Shown here piece by piece: positions 12,817-21,407 of a DNA stretch of 64,000 bases. The position numbers and the translations under genes are program-made. This DNA is from Oryzomicrobium sp. (lineage in GTDB: Bacteria > Pseudomonadota > Gammaproteobacteria > Burkholderiales > Rhodocyclaceae). Each line of letters begins with the position of its first letter. Within the stretch, counting starts at the first letter, position 1. Under the pieces are notes generated by a model. That model was not told where the DNA came from. It saw only the letters and a list, made by a program, of their open reading frames with translations, and made no database searches. Where the stretch lies: contig NZ_JAJTBG010000007.1 in the NCBI RefSeq assembly GCF_021287045.1, forward strand, positions 84,340-148,339, read 5' to 3'.

Positions 12817-15027
12817 ATGGACATCGATTTTCATTACTACGCAACCTACGCGGCGGCCCGCCTGGCGGGGCATGGGACGGATGAGGCGGTCGTGATCGCC
12901 CATGCCGCACAGTACGTGGATGATTCGACCATGGCGTATCTGGTCGATGGCAACGGCGCTTACTACATTTCGGATTTTCGGCCGGTTCCGACCGTCCATT
13001 CCACCGTCCCCGACCTGGCGGACTTCGAGGTGAATCCGCTGCGCTGGGGCGGGTCGTATCTGGACAACCTGCGCCAGGTCTGGTCGGCGTTTCATTTCCT
13101 GCCTGGTAACTATGGCGCAACGCCCGAGCAGAAGGTGTTCGAGGGGCCCCGTTCGACCTTGACGTGGCGCTTCGGCAAGGTCGAAGAGGACAGCTTCAAG
13201 ATGCTGTGCCTCCCCAACAGCGGTTTGGCGGGCAAGATGGTCAACGACATCCGGGAACATCACCTGGGCCAGGACTATCTGCTTCATCTCACCGGCATCC
13301 GCATGCATGTCCTGGCCGACACCTGGGCCCACATGTTCTACACGGGATCGCCGGTCTGGTGCGTCAACGATGCCGCGGAGCAGGTGTTCAACATCGGGGC
13401 CGACGGCCGGGAAACCGAGGTCGTCTGGAAGCGTGCCTATTACAAGGACTGGAGCCAAAGCAACGCCGAACTCATCAACGACCTGATCCGAGGTGAGGAA
13501 GCGACGCCGCCGAGCCTGTTCGCCAATTCCGTCTGCTACCTGGGCCATGGCCGCATGGGCCATCTGCCCGACTATCCCTGGATGACCTACCGCTACAAGC
13601 CGATGTGGTCCAGCCAATGGATAGTCAAGAACAATCCGGATTGCTACGTGAAGGCGTTCAAGCAGATCACCTGGGCAATGCGCTGTATCCGCGCGAACAC
13701 CGTGTTCGATCCGCTGGATGCGGCCCAAGGCAGCGTGATCGATGCCGCGAAGGAAGCGGTCCTGCGCGAGATACTGGTCATGCAGGGGGACGAGGCCGGC
13801 CGGGAGTCTGCCGAGCGGCGTTGCAAAATGTGGCAGAAGCGGCTTGCCGACCTGGGGCTCGACGTGCCTCCGGCCTACGATCCCGAGCGCTGGCTGGCGG
13901 GGTTCAAGAACGCTGGCGACAAGCGCAGCACCGACTATTACCGCTTCAATCGCTCGGCCCGGAGCCACCTCGATCTGGTGGCGTCCGTGGTGAAGCAGGA
14001 CCTGGGGGTCACCATCGACACGGCGCAAGGCTGCGTTACCGTACCCTTGCGTTTGCAGTCACCGACGGGGGCCTTCGTCGGCGCATTGCTGGCGACGGAA
14101 CAGTACTATCCGCGCATGGATAGCAAGGGGGTAACGCTCGAATTCATCCTCGAGTCGGGGAGGACAGCGCTGGTTTCAGGCTGCAAGGTGCGAATCCGCA
14201 CCACCGAAGCGGCGGCGGGCAAGTATTCCGAACTCGGCGCTTGGGCGACCCCGGCCCTTTACTATTACACCCCGGATTCCGACACCCAGAAACAGGGGTG
14301 GATCGTGCACAAGGTCGGCGGCAGCGATGGCGACATGATCGCCCCCGGCGATAGCATCCTGATCGAGAACATCAGCTACGGGCAGCAGAACATCCAATGG
14401 TACGACTTCAATGATGGCTATCGCTATCTGACGACCGGAAAAGAGCAGCCGGAGCGGAGTCGCTGGATCGTGCGCCTGCCTGAGGCCGCCGAAGCCCAGG
14501 AGGATGCGCGCCACGGGCGGGAGCCGGCAGTCCTTGCCTTCGGCAACCGGTTCACCTTGCAGGCCAACAACGGTATCTACCTGGGAGCCATGAAGGAGGC
14601 CCCTTATGCCTTGACCACCCAGTACTACCCACGCCTTCTGGATTCGGCCATTTCCCTCGTCTTCGAGAACCGCAGCGGAGCCAGCGACGGCACCCAGGCG
14701 GTCCGCGATGGCGGTGCTTTCTCCATCCGCACAACGGAATCGAGCACGGGAGACTACTGTTATCTCGGTGCCTGGGACACCACGGCCCTTTACTACTACA
14801 AGAAAAATTACGACCAAACCCGGCAGGGCTGGTCGATAGAGAAGCAGAGAGGCTCGCCGGGGGCCGAGTTGCGGGCGGGCGACGTGGTCCGCATTCGCAA
14901 CCTGCACTACACGGACAAACCCTACCTGACGTATTACCAGCAGGAAGGCCAAGTCTGGTTGACCACCAAGGGCGTACAGAGCGGTGGTACCGATCCTCAG
15001 GTCGAATGGGTCATCCGCAAGGCGTGA
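12817..15027 (+). CDS. hypothetical 736-aa protein: N-terminal His/Asp metal-site-like domain plus two tandem ~155-aa beta-trefoil-like repeats
   Basis: ATG 12817 sits 6 nt after GGAGG. His/Asp motifs are FHYY, YVDD, AFHFLPG, MHVLADTWAH and GHGRMGHLPD. The C-terminal half holds two copies of a module with IRTTE..G.Y..LGAW.T.ALYYY...Q.QGW. A strong hairpin follows the stop. Confidence 0.8.
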   Translation: MDIDFHYYATYAAARLAGHGTDEAVVIAHAAQYVDDSTMAYLVDGNGAYYISDFRPVPTVHSTVPDLADFEVNPLRWGGSYLDNLRQVWSAFHFLPGNYGATPEQKVFEGPRSTLTWRFGKVEEDSFKMLCLPNSGLAGKMVNDIREHHLGQDYLLHLTGIRMHVLADTWAHMFYTGSPVWCVNDAAEQVFNIGADGRETEVVWKRAYYKDWSQSNAELINDLIRGEEATPPSLFANSVCYLGHGRMGHLPDYPWMTYRYKPMWSSQWIVKNNPDCYVKAFKQITWAMRCIRANTVFDPLDAAQGSVIDAAKEAVLREILVMQGDEAGRESAERRCKMWQKRLADLGLDVPPAYDPERWLAGFKNAGDKRSTDYYRFNRSARSHLDLVASVVKQDLGVTIDTAQGCVTVPLRLQSPTGAFVGALLATEQYYPRMDSKGVTLEFILESGRTALVSGCKVRIRTTEAAAGKYSELGAWATPALYYYTPDSDTQKQGWIVHKVGGSDGDMIAPGDSILIENISYGQQNIQWYDFNDGYRYLTTGKEQPERSRWIVRLPEAAEAQEDARHGREPAVLAFGNRFTLQANNGIYLGAMKEAPYALTTQYYPRLLDSAISLVFENRSGASDGTQAVRDGGAFSIRTTESSTGDYCYLGAWDTTALYYYKKNYDQTRQGWSIEKQRGSPGAELRAGDVVRIRNLHYTDKPYLTYYQQEGQVWLTTKGVQSGGTDPQVEWVIRKA

Positions 15028-15038
15028 TGTTGCGCCCG

Positions 15039-15073
15039 CCGTTTCCCCCTGGAAAATCTCCAGGGGGAAACGG
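15039..15073 (+). terminator. strong stem-loop after the 736-aa gene
   Basis: CCGTTTCCCCCTGG-aaaatct-CCAGGGGGAAACGG gives a 14-bp perfect stem. The T-tract is weak. Confidence 0.6.
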
Positions 15074-15289
15074 TCTGCATGAAGATTCGTGCCCCGCATG
15101 ATCCGCGCGAGGTTCCCATCCAGTGAAACGATGGCGGGCGGAATCTGAAACAGAGGCTTACGAATTGGTTGCAAAACCGCCGTTGAAGCCGCACTGCCGC
15201 GCTCTTAACTTCTCACCGTGACGAAACGAAGGCGCGGCCTTGGCCGCGTGCGCCGCCCGATTCGGGCGTTTTGCGTGAAGGAGCGTGCG

Positions 15290-16168
15290 ATGCGCAAGAA
15301 CATTGTCGTAGGACTGCTGATGACGCTGGCCGTCGCCCTGGCCAGCGGCATGGCCCGGGCCGACGAGCCGAGCCTGCACCAGGTCTACCAGGCCGCCCAG
15401 TCGGGCAACCTGTCCCAGGCCCAGTCGATGATGCACGAGGTGCTGCAAGCCCACCCGGGCAGCGGCAAGGCCCATTACGTCGAGGCCGAACTGCTGGCCA
15501 AGCAGGGCCAGTTCGACAAGGCGACGGCCGAACTGGCCACGGCGGAACGGCTGGCTCCGGGGCTGCCCTTCGCCAAGCCCGAAGCGGTGCAGAACCTCAA
15601 GGGATTGCTCGGCTCGACGAACAAGGCCCGCACGACATCGGCGATGGCGCCGGTCCAATCCATGGTGTCCCCGGCGGCGGGCGGCGCGTCCTTTCCCTGG
15701 GGGCTGGTGGCCGGCGGATTCGGCCTGATCGCCTTCATCGTCCTGGCGACTCGCCTGATGGCGAGCCGGGGTGGCCTGGCGCCGAGCGGCGGCTACATCC
15801 CCGCCGGCGCCCCCCAACCGGCGGGGGCGGGCACGGGCTATGGCTACGGCCCGGGGGCCGCGCCTTACGGTGCGCCGGGGTATGGCCCGGTCGGCCCGGT
15901 AGAACCCGGCCTCGGCTCGCGGATGATGGGCGGCCTGGCCACCGGCGCGGCCCTGGGCGCCGGCGTGGTGGCGGGGGAAGCCCTGATGCACCGCTTCATC
16001 GACGGCCGTGAGGGCACCGCACATGAAGGCGCGGTCCGCAATCCGGCCGACATCGGCTCCACCTTCCAGGACACCTATTTCAACGACCTGGGCGGCAACG
16101 ACTTCGGCGTCAACGACACCTCGTCCTGGGACGATGGCGGGAGCGACGGCGGCAGCGACTGGAACTGA
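15290..16168 (+). CDS. exported/membrane protein with TPR-like N-domain, one TM helix, Gly/Pro/Tyr-rich linker and acidic tail
   Basis: ATG 15290 after GAAGGAG. Signal peptide MRKNIVVGLLMTLAVALASGMARA, a helical TPR-like segment, TM segment WGLVAGGFGLIAFIVLATRL, then GYGYGPGAAPYGAPGYGP and the tail DDGGSDGGSDWN. Confidence 0.7.
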   Translation: MRKNIVVGLLMTLAVALASGMARADEPSLHQVYQAAQSGNLSQAQSMMHEVLQAHPGSGKAHYVEAELLAKQGQFDKATAELATAERLAPGLPFAKPEAVQNLKGLLGSTNKARTTSAMAPVQSMVSPAAGGASFPWGLVAGGFGLIAFIVLATRLMASRGGLAPSGGYIPAGAPQPAGAGTGYGYGPGAAPYGAPGYGPVGPVEPGLGSRMMGGLATGAALGAGVVAGEALMHRFIDGREGTAHEGAVRNPADIGSTFQDTYFNDLGGNDFGVNDTSSWDDGGSDGGSDWN

Positions 16169-16514
16169 CCGGGACTGATCTTTCGGCCTGGTGCAATGCC
16201 AGGCCGATTTCAGCGGCGCGAAGAGGCGGGCGCAAGTCCGCCTCTTCGTCATTGCGGTGCTTCCGCTCGCAATGGACGGCCCTTCGGTGGTGGCGGTGGG
16301 GCCGATACATGGCTTGCCACTGGTTGCCCGGCCTCCTGGGGCGTGCGATGCTCTTATCATCGCCGCGGCGATGCCTTGGGCATGTCCAGAATGCCGTGGA
16401 GCCGGATGTATATCCGGTGCCTGGTGGTTTCGGGGCCGGCATGCGCCGGGGACGACCGCCGCCGGCTCGACGCCGATTCCGCGACTCCTTCCCCTGTTTG
16501 CGCCGCCGACTGTC

Positions 16515-17492
16515 ATGGACGCTTTCACCCCCAGCGAACTCAAGACCATCCTGCATTCCAAGCGGGCCAACATCTACTACCTCCAGCATTGCCGGGTGCT
16601 GGTGAATGGCGGGCGCGTCGAATACGTGACCGACGAAGGCAAACAGTCGCTGTACTGGAACATCCCCATTGCCAACACCACGACCGTTCTGCTCGGAACC
16701 GGCACGTCCATCACCCAGGCGGCCATGCGCGAGCTGGCCAAGGCCGGTGTGCTGGTGGGGTTTTGCGGTGGGGGCGGGACGCCGCTCTACAGCGCCAACG
16801 AGGTCGACTTCGACGTGGCCTGGTTCTCGCCGCAAAGCGAGTACCGGCCCACCGAATATCTGCAACACTGGGTGCGCTTCTGGTTCGACGATGCGCGCCG
16901 CCTCGATGCCGCCAAGCGCGTGCAGCGGGCGCGGCTTGAGCGCATTCGCGAGCACTGGGGCGGCAGCCGGGCGTTGGCCGACGCCGGGTTTGCCGTGCCC
17001 GCCGGGCGGTTCGAATCCGCGCTGGACGAATCGCGCCGCCAGATCGGCCTGGCGGCGGACAACACCGAACTGCTCACCGAAGAGGCCCGCCTGACGAAAA
17101 AGCTGTTCCGCTTCGCCTGCGATGCCACCGACTATGGCGATTTCGTCCGGACCCGCAACGGGGCGGGGGCCGATCCGGCCAACCGCTTCCTCGATCACGG
17201 CAATTACCTGGCCTACGGTCTCGGCGCCACGGCTGCCTGGGTCCTGGGGTTGCCCCATGGCTTGGCGGTGCTGCACGGCAAGACCCGGCGTGGCGGCCTG
17301 GTGTTCGACATCGCCGACCTGGTGAAGGATGCCCTGGTCTTACCTCAAGCCTTCATTTCCGCCATGCGCGGCGACGACGAGCAGGGCTTCCGCGAAGCTT
17401 GCATCGACACCCTGGTCCGCGCCGAGGCCCTCGACTTCATGATCGATACGGTCAAGGCCATTGCCCTGGAGGTGGGAGGGGCGGGCCAATGA
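16515..17492 (+). CDS. cas1: CRISPR-associated endonuclease Cas1, type I-F
   Basis: MDAFTPSELKTILHSKRANIYYLQHCRVLVNGGRVEYVTDEGKQSLYWNIPIANTTTVLLGTGTSITQAAMRELAKAGVLVGFCGGGG is near-collinear with Pseudomonas aeruginosa I-F Cas1 as I recall it. 325 aa. The track ORF's upstream extension is artefact. Confidence 0.95.
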   Translation: MDAFTPSELKTILHSKRANIYYLQHCRVLVNGGRVEYVTDEGKQSLYWNIPIANTTTVLLGTGTSITQAAMRELAKAGVLVGFCGGGGTPLYSANEVDFDVAWFSPQSEYRPTEYLQHWVRFWFDDARRLDAAKRVQRARLERIREHWGGSRALADAGFAVPAGRFESALDESRRQIGLAADNTELLTEEARLTKKLFRFACDATDYGDFVRTRNGAGADPANRFLDHGNYLAYGLGATAAWVLGLPHGLAVLHGKTRRGGLVFDIADLVKDALVLPQAFISAMRGDDEQGFREACIDTLVRAEALDFMIDTVKAIALEVGGAGQ

Positions 17493-20400
17493 ACGTCCTG
17501 CTGGTTTCCCAATGCACCAAGAACGCCCTGGTCCAGACCCGTCGCGTCATCGACCAGTTCGCCGAACGCTGCGGCGAGCGCACCTGGCGGACGGCCATCA
17601 CCCAGCAAGGGCTGGATACCCTCTACCGCCTCCTGCGCCGGTCGGCGCGCAAGAATACGGCCGTTGCCTGCCACTGGATACGGGGCAAGGACCACAGCGA
17701 ACTGCTGTGGATCGTCGGCGACGCCCGGCGCTTCAACCTGCGCGGCGCCACGCCCACCAACACCACCCGCCGCGACGTCCTGCGCAGCGGCGATGAAAAC
17801 GACTGGCACACCGGCGAGGACATCGCCCTCCTGGCCCGCCTGGCGGCCTTGTTCCACGACCTGGGCAAGGCCAGTCTGGCGTTCCAGAAAAAGCTCGTCA
17901 GCGCCCAGCCGGTGGCCGACCCGTTTCGCCACGAATGGGTTTCGCTGCGCCTCTTTGCCGCCTTCGTCGGCGAAGACGGCAAGGACGACCGGGCCTGGCT
18001 GGAGCGTCTGGCCGATCCCGACATCGACGCCGAGCCGCTCGTCCGCGACTGCTTGAAGGTCGACGATGGGCGCACCCTCGGCCCGTTCCGCACCCTGCAT
18101 ACGCCACTGGCCCGGGCCGTCGGCTGGCTGGTGGTGAGCCATCACCGGCTGCCGACGGCGACGAATCCCGCCTGGGCATTGTCCGCGCGCAATCTGGACA
18201 ACATTCCCCTCGCCACCACTCACGACTGGTGCGGCAGCCGGGCGGCAAGCGACAAGGATGCGGAGGCGTGCTGGCGCTTCGACAGCCTGCCCCTGACCAG
18301 CCGCCACTGGCGCCAGCACGCCGCCATGGTCGCCCAGGCCATCCTGCGCCGGCCGAGGCTGACCGGCGAGCAAGCGGCACGGCTGCTGTCCAGCCCTTAC
18401 GTCCTGCACCTGTCGCGCCTCGCCCTGATGCTGGCCGACCACTACTATTCGTCCCAGCCCAGCCATGCCCGTTACGGCGATCCACTGAAAAAGGGCGCCA
18501 AGGCGCTCTATGCCAATTCTCGGCGTGACGAGGCGGGCAAACCCTACCTCAACCAACGCCTCGACGAGCACCTGATCGGTGTCGAGGTCAATGCCGGCCG
18601 CCTGATGCGCGCCCTGCCCCGGTTGGAGTACAGCGTTCCGCGCATCGCCCGCCATATGGGTCTGCGCGCCAGAAGCACGGGGGCCTACCGCTGGCAGAAT
18701 GCCGCGGCGGACCTGGCCGGGGCCCTGCGCGAACGCAGTGCCACCCAGGGCTTCTTCGGCGTGAACATGGCCTCCACCGGTTGCGGCAAGACTCTGGCCA
18801 ACGCCCGCATCCTCTATGGTCTGGCAGACCCGGCCCGGGGGACACGCTTCACCGTCGCCCTAGGGTTGCGCACCCTCACCCTGCAAACCGGCGATGCTTA
18901 CCGGAAGCGGCTCGAATTGGCCGAGGAGGACATGGCCGTCCTGGTCGGGGGCGCCGCCGTGCGCGCGTTGCACGAGCAGGGCAAGGCCGAACCCGGCCCG
19001 GCCGGCAGCGGCAGCGAATCGGCATTGGATCTTCTGCCGGAGCACAGCTACGTGCGCTACCGGAGCAGCCTGGAGGATGGCCCCCTCAAGGACTGGCTGT
19101 ACCCGGAACGCAAGGGCGGCGCGGAAGAAGAGGCGGGGGAGGGCGAGGCCGAGGGCAGCGGGTATGGGGAAGAAGGGCGTGGCGCCAGCACCCGCCGCGC
19201 CGCCAGCCGGGGCCGCCAGGCTTCCGCCTTGCTCGATGCGCCGGTGCTGGTCTGCACGGTGGACCACCTCATGCCGGCCTGCGAGAGCACCCGGGGCGGG
19301 CACCAGATCCTGCCCATGCTGCGCCTGATGACCTCCGACCTGGTGCTGGACGAACCGGACGACTTCGGCCTCGACGACCTGCCCGCCCTGGCGCGGCTGG
19401 TCCATTGGGCCGGCATGCTCGGCAGCCGGGTGCTGTTGTCGTCGGCCACCCTGCCGCCAGCCCTGGTCCAGGGGCTGTTCCTCGCCTACTGTGCCGGCCG
19501 CAGGGAATTCCAGCGCAACCGGGGCGAGGCCGGCGAGCGGCTGGCGGTCTGCTGCGCCTGGTTCGACGAATTCGGTACCGACCAGGGCGACCATGGCGAC
19601 GACGAAGCTACTGGGGCTTTCCTGGCGCGCCACAACGCCTTCGTGGCCCGACGCATCGAACGTCTGGCCAGCGATGGCGAGCCACGGCGCCGGGCCGAAC
19701 TGGTTCCCTTGAATCTTCCCACACCGACCGCGAATGATGCGGCCCGGCGGCGTGGGGAACTGGGCGCCGGCCTGGCGGAGGTGTTGCGCGACCGGGCGCT
19801 GATCATGCACCACCGCCATCACGGCATCGATCCCGGTAGCGGTAAGCGGGTTAGTTTCGGCCTCATCCGCATGGCCAACATCGACCCCCTGTTCGACACG
19901 GCGTTGGCCCTCTTCCAGCAGGGGGCTCCTGCCGGCTACCGCATTCACCTGTGCGCCTACCATTCGCGCCATCCCCTGCTGGTGCGCGCCGCCATCGAAC
20001 GGGAGCTGGACGCCGCCCTGGACCGCCACGACGAGCAGGCCGTGTTCGGCCTGCCCTCGGTACGGCAAGCCCTGGATAGGGGCGAAGAGGGCGACCACCT
20101 CTTCATCGTCCTGGCGACCGCCGTCGCCGAAGTGGGGCGCGACCACGACTACGACTGGGCCATCGTCGAACCCTCGTCGATGCGCTCGATCATCCAACTG
20201 GCCGGCCGGGTCTGGCGCCACCGCAAGCGCTCCTGCCCGGCCGACGCTCCCAACATCGCCCTGCTCGACAGCAACTTCCGCCACCACATGACGGGTGGAA
20301 AAGGGCTGGCCTTCATCCGCCCTGGCTTTGAAGGCGGGGACTTCGCCTTACGCAGCCACCGGCTGGGGGAGGTGCTCATTCCCGAACAATGGGCGGTAGT

Positions 20401-20932
20401 GGATGCCCGGCCCCGCATCCGTCCCCGGGATGGACTCGATCCCCACGGCAACCTGGCCGATCTGGAGCACGCCCGGCTCATCGACCTGATGCTGGGCGCC
20501 AGCCCGGGGAATGCCCAAGTGGCCGACCCGGTGCATTGGTGGTGGAACACCCCTGCCCATCTGAGCGGCGCGTTGCAACGCCAGCAGCCGTTTCGCCGGC
20601 AGATTCAGCAGCACTGTTGCTTCGCCCTGCTGCCGGACGAGGACGGCGCCCAGGTTGGCTTCTGGCAACTGCACAAGCCCCCCGCCATGGAGCCGAGTCC
20701 GGAATCCAGCCGCCTACGCCAGCTGGACGAGGGGCTGGCCCAGGGGCCGGGCATCGCCTCCTGGGCCGTGCCCGCCTACCTGCCGGCCCTGCTCGACCTG
20801 GCCGATGCCATGGGCCTGGAACCCCTCGACTGCGCGCGCCGCTTCGGCACCCTCGACCTGCCTGAGGGCGAGGAGGCCCCGCAGCTCTGGCGCTATCACC
20901 CGATGCTGGGGTTCAGCCGAGCGTGGAAATGA
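17489..20932 (+). CDS. cas3: Cas2-Cas3 fusion helicase-nuclease, type I-F
   Basis: ATGA overlap with the cas1 stop. N-terminal Cas2-like domain (MNVLLVSQCTKNALVQTRRVIDQF...), HD motif (LLARLAALFHDLGK), helicase motifs (NMASTGCGKT, DEPDDF). 1147 aa. Confidence 0.95.
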   Translation: MNVLLVSQCTKNALVQTRRVIDQFAERCGERTWRTAITQQGLDTLYRLLRRSARKNTAVACHWIRGKDHSELLWIVGDARRFNLRGATPTNTTRRDVLRSGDENDWHTGEDIALLARLAALFHDLGKASLAFQKKLVSAQPVADPFRHEWVSLRLFAAFVGEDGKDDRAWLERLADPDIDAEPLVRDCLKVDDGRTLGPFRTLHTPLARAVGWLVVSHHRLPTATNPAWALSARNLDNIPLATTHDWCGSRAASDKDAEACWRFDSLPLTSRHWRQHAAMVAQAILRRPRLTGEQAARLLSSPYVLHLSRLALMLADHYYSSQPSHARYGDPLKKGAKALYANSRRDEAGKPYLNQRLDEHLIGVEVNAGRLMRALPRLEYSVPRIARHMGLRARSTGAYRWQNAAADLAGALRERSATQGFFGVNMASTGCGKTLANARILYGLADPARGTRFTVALGLRTLTLQTGDAYRKRLELAEEDMAVLVGGAAVRALHEQGKAEPGPAGSGSESALDLLPEHSYVRYRSSLEDGPLKDWLYPERKGGAEEEAGEGEAEGSGYGEEGRGASTRRAASRGRQASALLDAPVLVCTVDHLMPACESTRGGHQILPMLRLMTSDLVLDEPDDFGLDDLPALARLVHWAGMLGSRVLLSSATLPPALVQGLFLAYCAGRREFQRNRGEAGERLAVCCAWFDEFGTDQGDHGDDEATGAFLARHNAFVARRIERLASDGEPRRRAELVPLNLPTPTANDAARRRGELGAGLAEVLRDRALIMHHRHHGIDPGSGKRVSFGLIRMANIDPLFDTALALFQQGAPAGYRIHLCAYHSRHPLLVRAAIERELDAALDRHDEQAVFGLPSVRQALDRGEEGDHLFIVLATAVAEVGRDHDYDWAIVEPSSMRSIIQLAGRVWRHRKRSCPADAPNIALLDSNFRHHMTGGKGLAFIRPGFEGGDFALRSHRLGEVLIPEQWAVVDARPRIRPRDGLDPHGNLADLEHARLIDLMLGASPGNAQVADPVHWWWNTPAHLSGALQRQQPFRRQIQQHCCFALLPDEDGAQVGFWQLHKPPAMEPSPESSRLRQLDEGLAQGPGIASWAVPAYLPALLDLADAMGLEPLDCARRFGTLDLPEGEEAPQLWRYHPMLGFSRAWK

Positions 20933-20933
20933 A

Positions 20934-20962
20934 AACGCAGAAGCCTATGGCTTCTGCGTTTG
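20934..20962 (+). terminator. hairpin immediately after cas2-3
   Basis: AACGCAGAAGCC-tatg-GCTTCTGCGTT followed by T. The T-tract is short. Confidence 0.5.
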
Positions 20963-21113
20963 CTGCCTGTCCGGCAGTGAAGGGATTTCCCTGAAAGAAA
21001 TAACTACTTCTGAGCTGCTTGAATCCAGCAGTGGCCCGGATTGTCGCACCGGTATGCATGAATTGGGCTGTTTCTAAAAAAGACTTGCACTTTATGCAGT
21101 CATGCTAGTACTC

Positions 21114-21373
21114 TAGACGAAAAATAAATACCTTTTTATAATTTTCCAAATAGAAATAACTAGGTTAAATTTTTTGGTGCAGAAAGACGACGAGGTGGAA
21201 AGACGACGAGGTGATCAGACCTCGTCGTCGGGTGAAGCCAACTACTCGTTGAGAACGAGGAGCCAAGCCGCAGGGCCAGATGCGGCAGAAAGGGAGGAAC
21301 TGGTGTCTAGCACGTACCCAACCTTAATAGCCTGAAAGCCGGCCCCGGAGCTTTTGCTCCGGGGCCGATTTTA
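21114..21373 (+). promoter_or_regulatory. putative promoter plus structured leader with a terminator-like hairpin upstream of csy1
   Basis: TAGACG-17 nt-TATAAT at 21114-21142 in an AT-rich patch. A 16-nt perfect tandem repeat (21182-21213) pairs with 21219-29. GGCCCCGGAGC-tttt-GCTCCGGGGCC+GATTTTA lies at 21341-21373. See finding. Confidence 0.35.
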
Positions 21374-21407
21374 TCCCTACCGTCCCCCTACTAGGAAGGA
21401 GTACATA

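Noticed and set aside
12802-15174. Long minus-strand ORFs (12802..14028, 14176..15174) antisense to the 736-aa gene.
   Set aside because: Low-complexity Arg/Gly/Ala/Pro-rich translations without motifs. The plus-strand frame has an RBS, normal composition and internal repeats.
16169-16514. Looked for a third CRISPR array or leader upstream of cas1, as in PA14-type loci. Also considered the long upstream extension of the cas1 ORF (from 16191).
   Set aside because: No copy of the repeat core TTCACTGCCG appears here, only two hairpins after the preceding gene. Cas1 homology starts at MDAFTPSEL (16515).
17345-20287. Minus-strand ORFs of 436 and 475 aa antisense to cas2-3.
   Set aside because: GC-frame artefacts. 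The plus frame is unmistakably Cas2-3.
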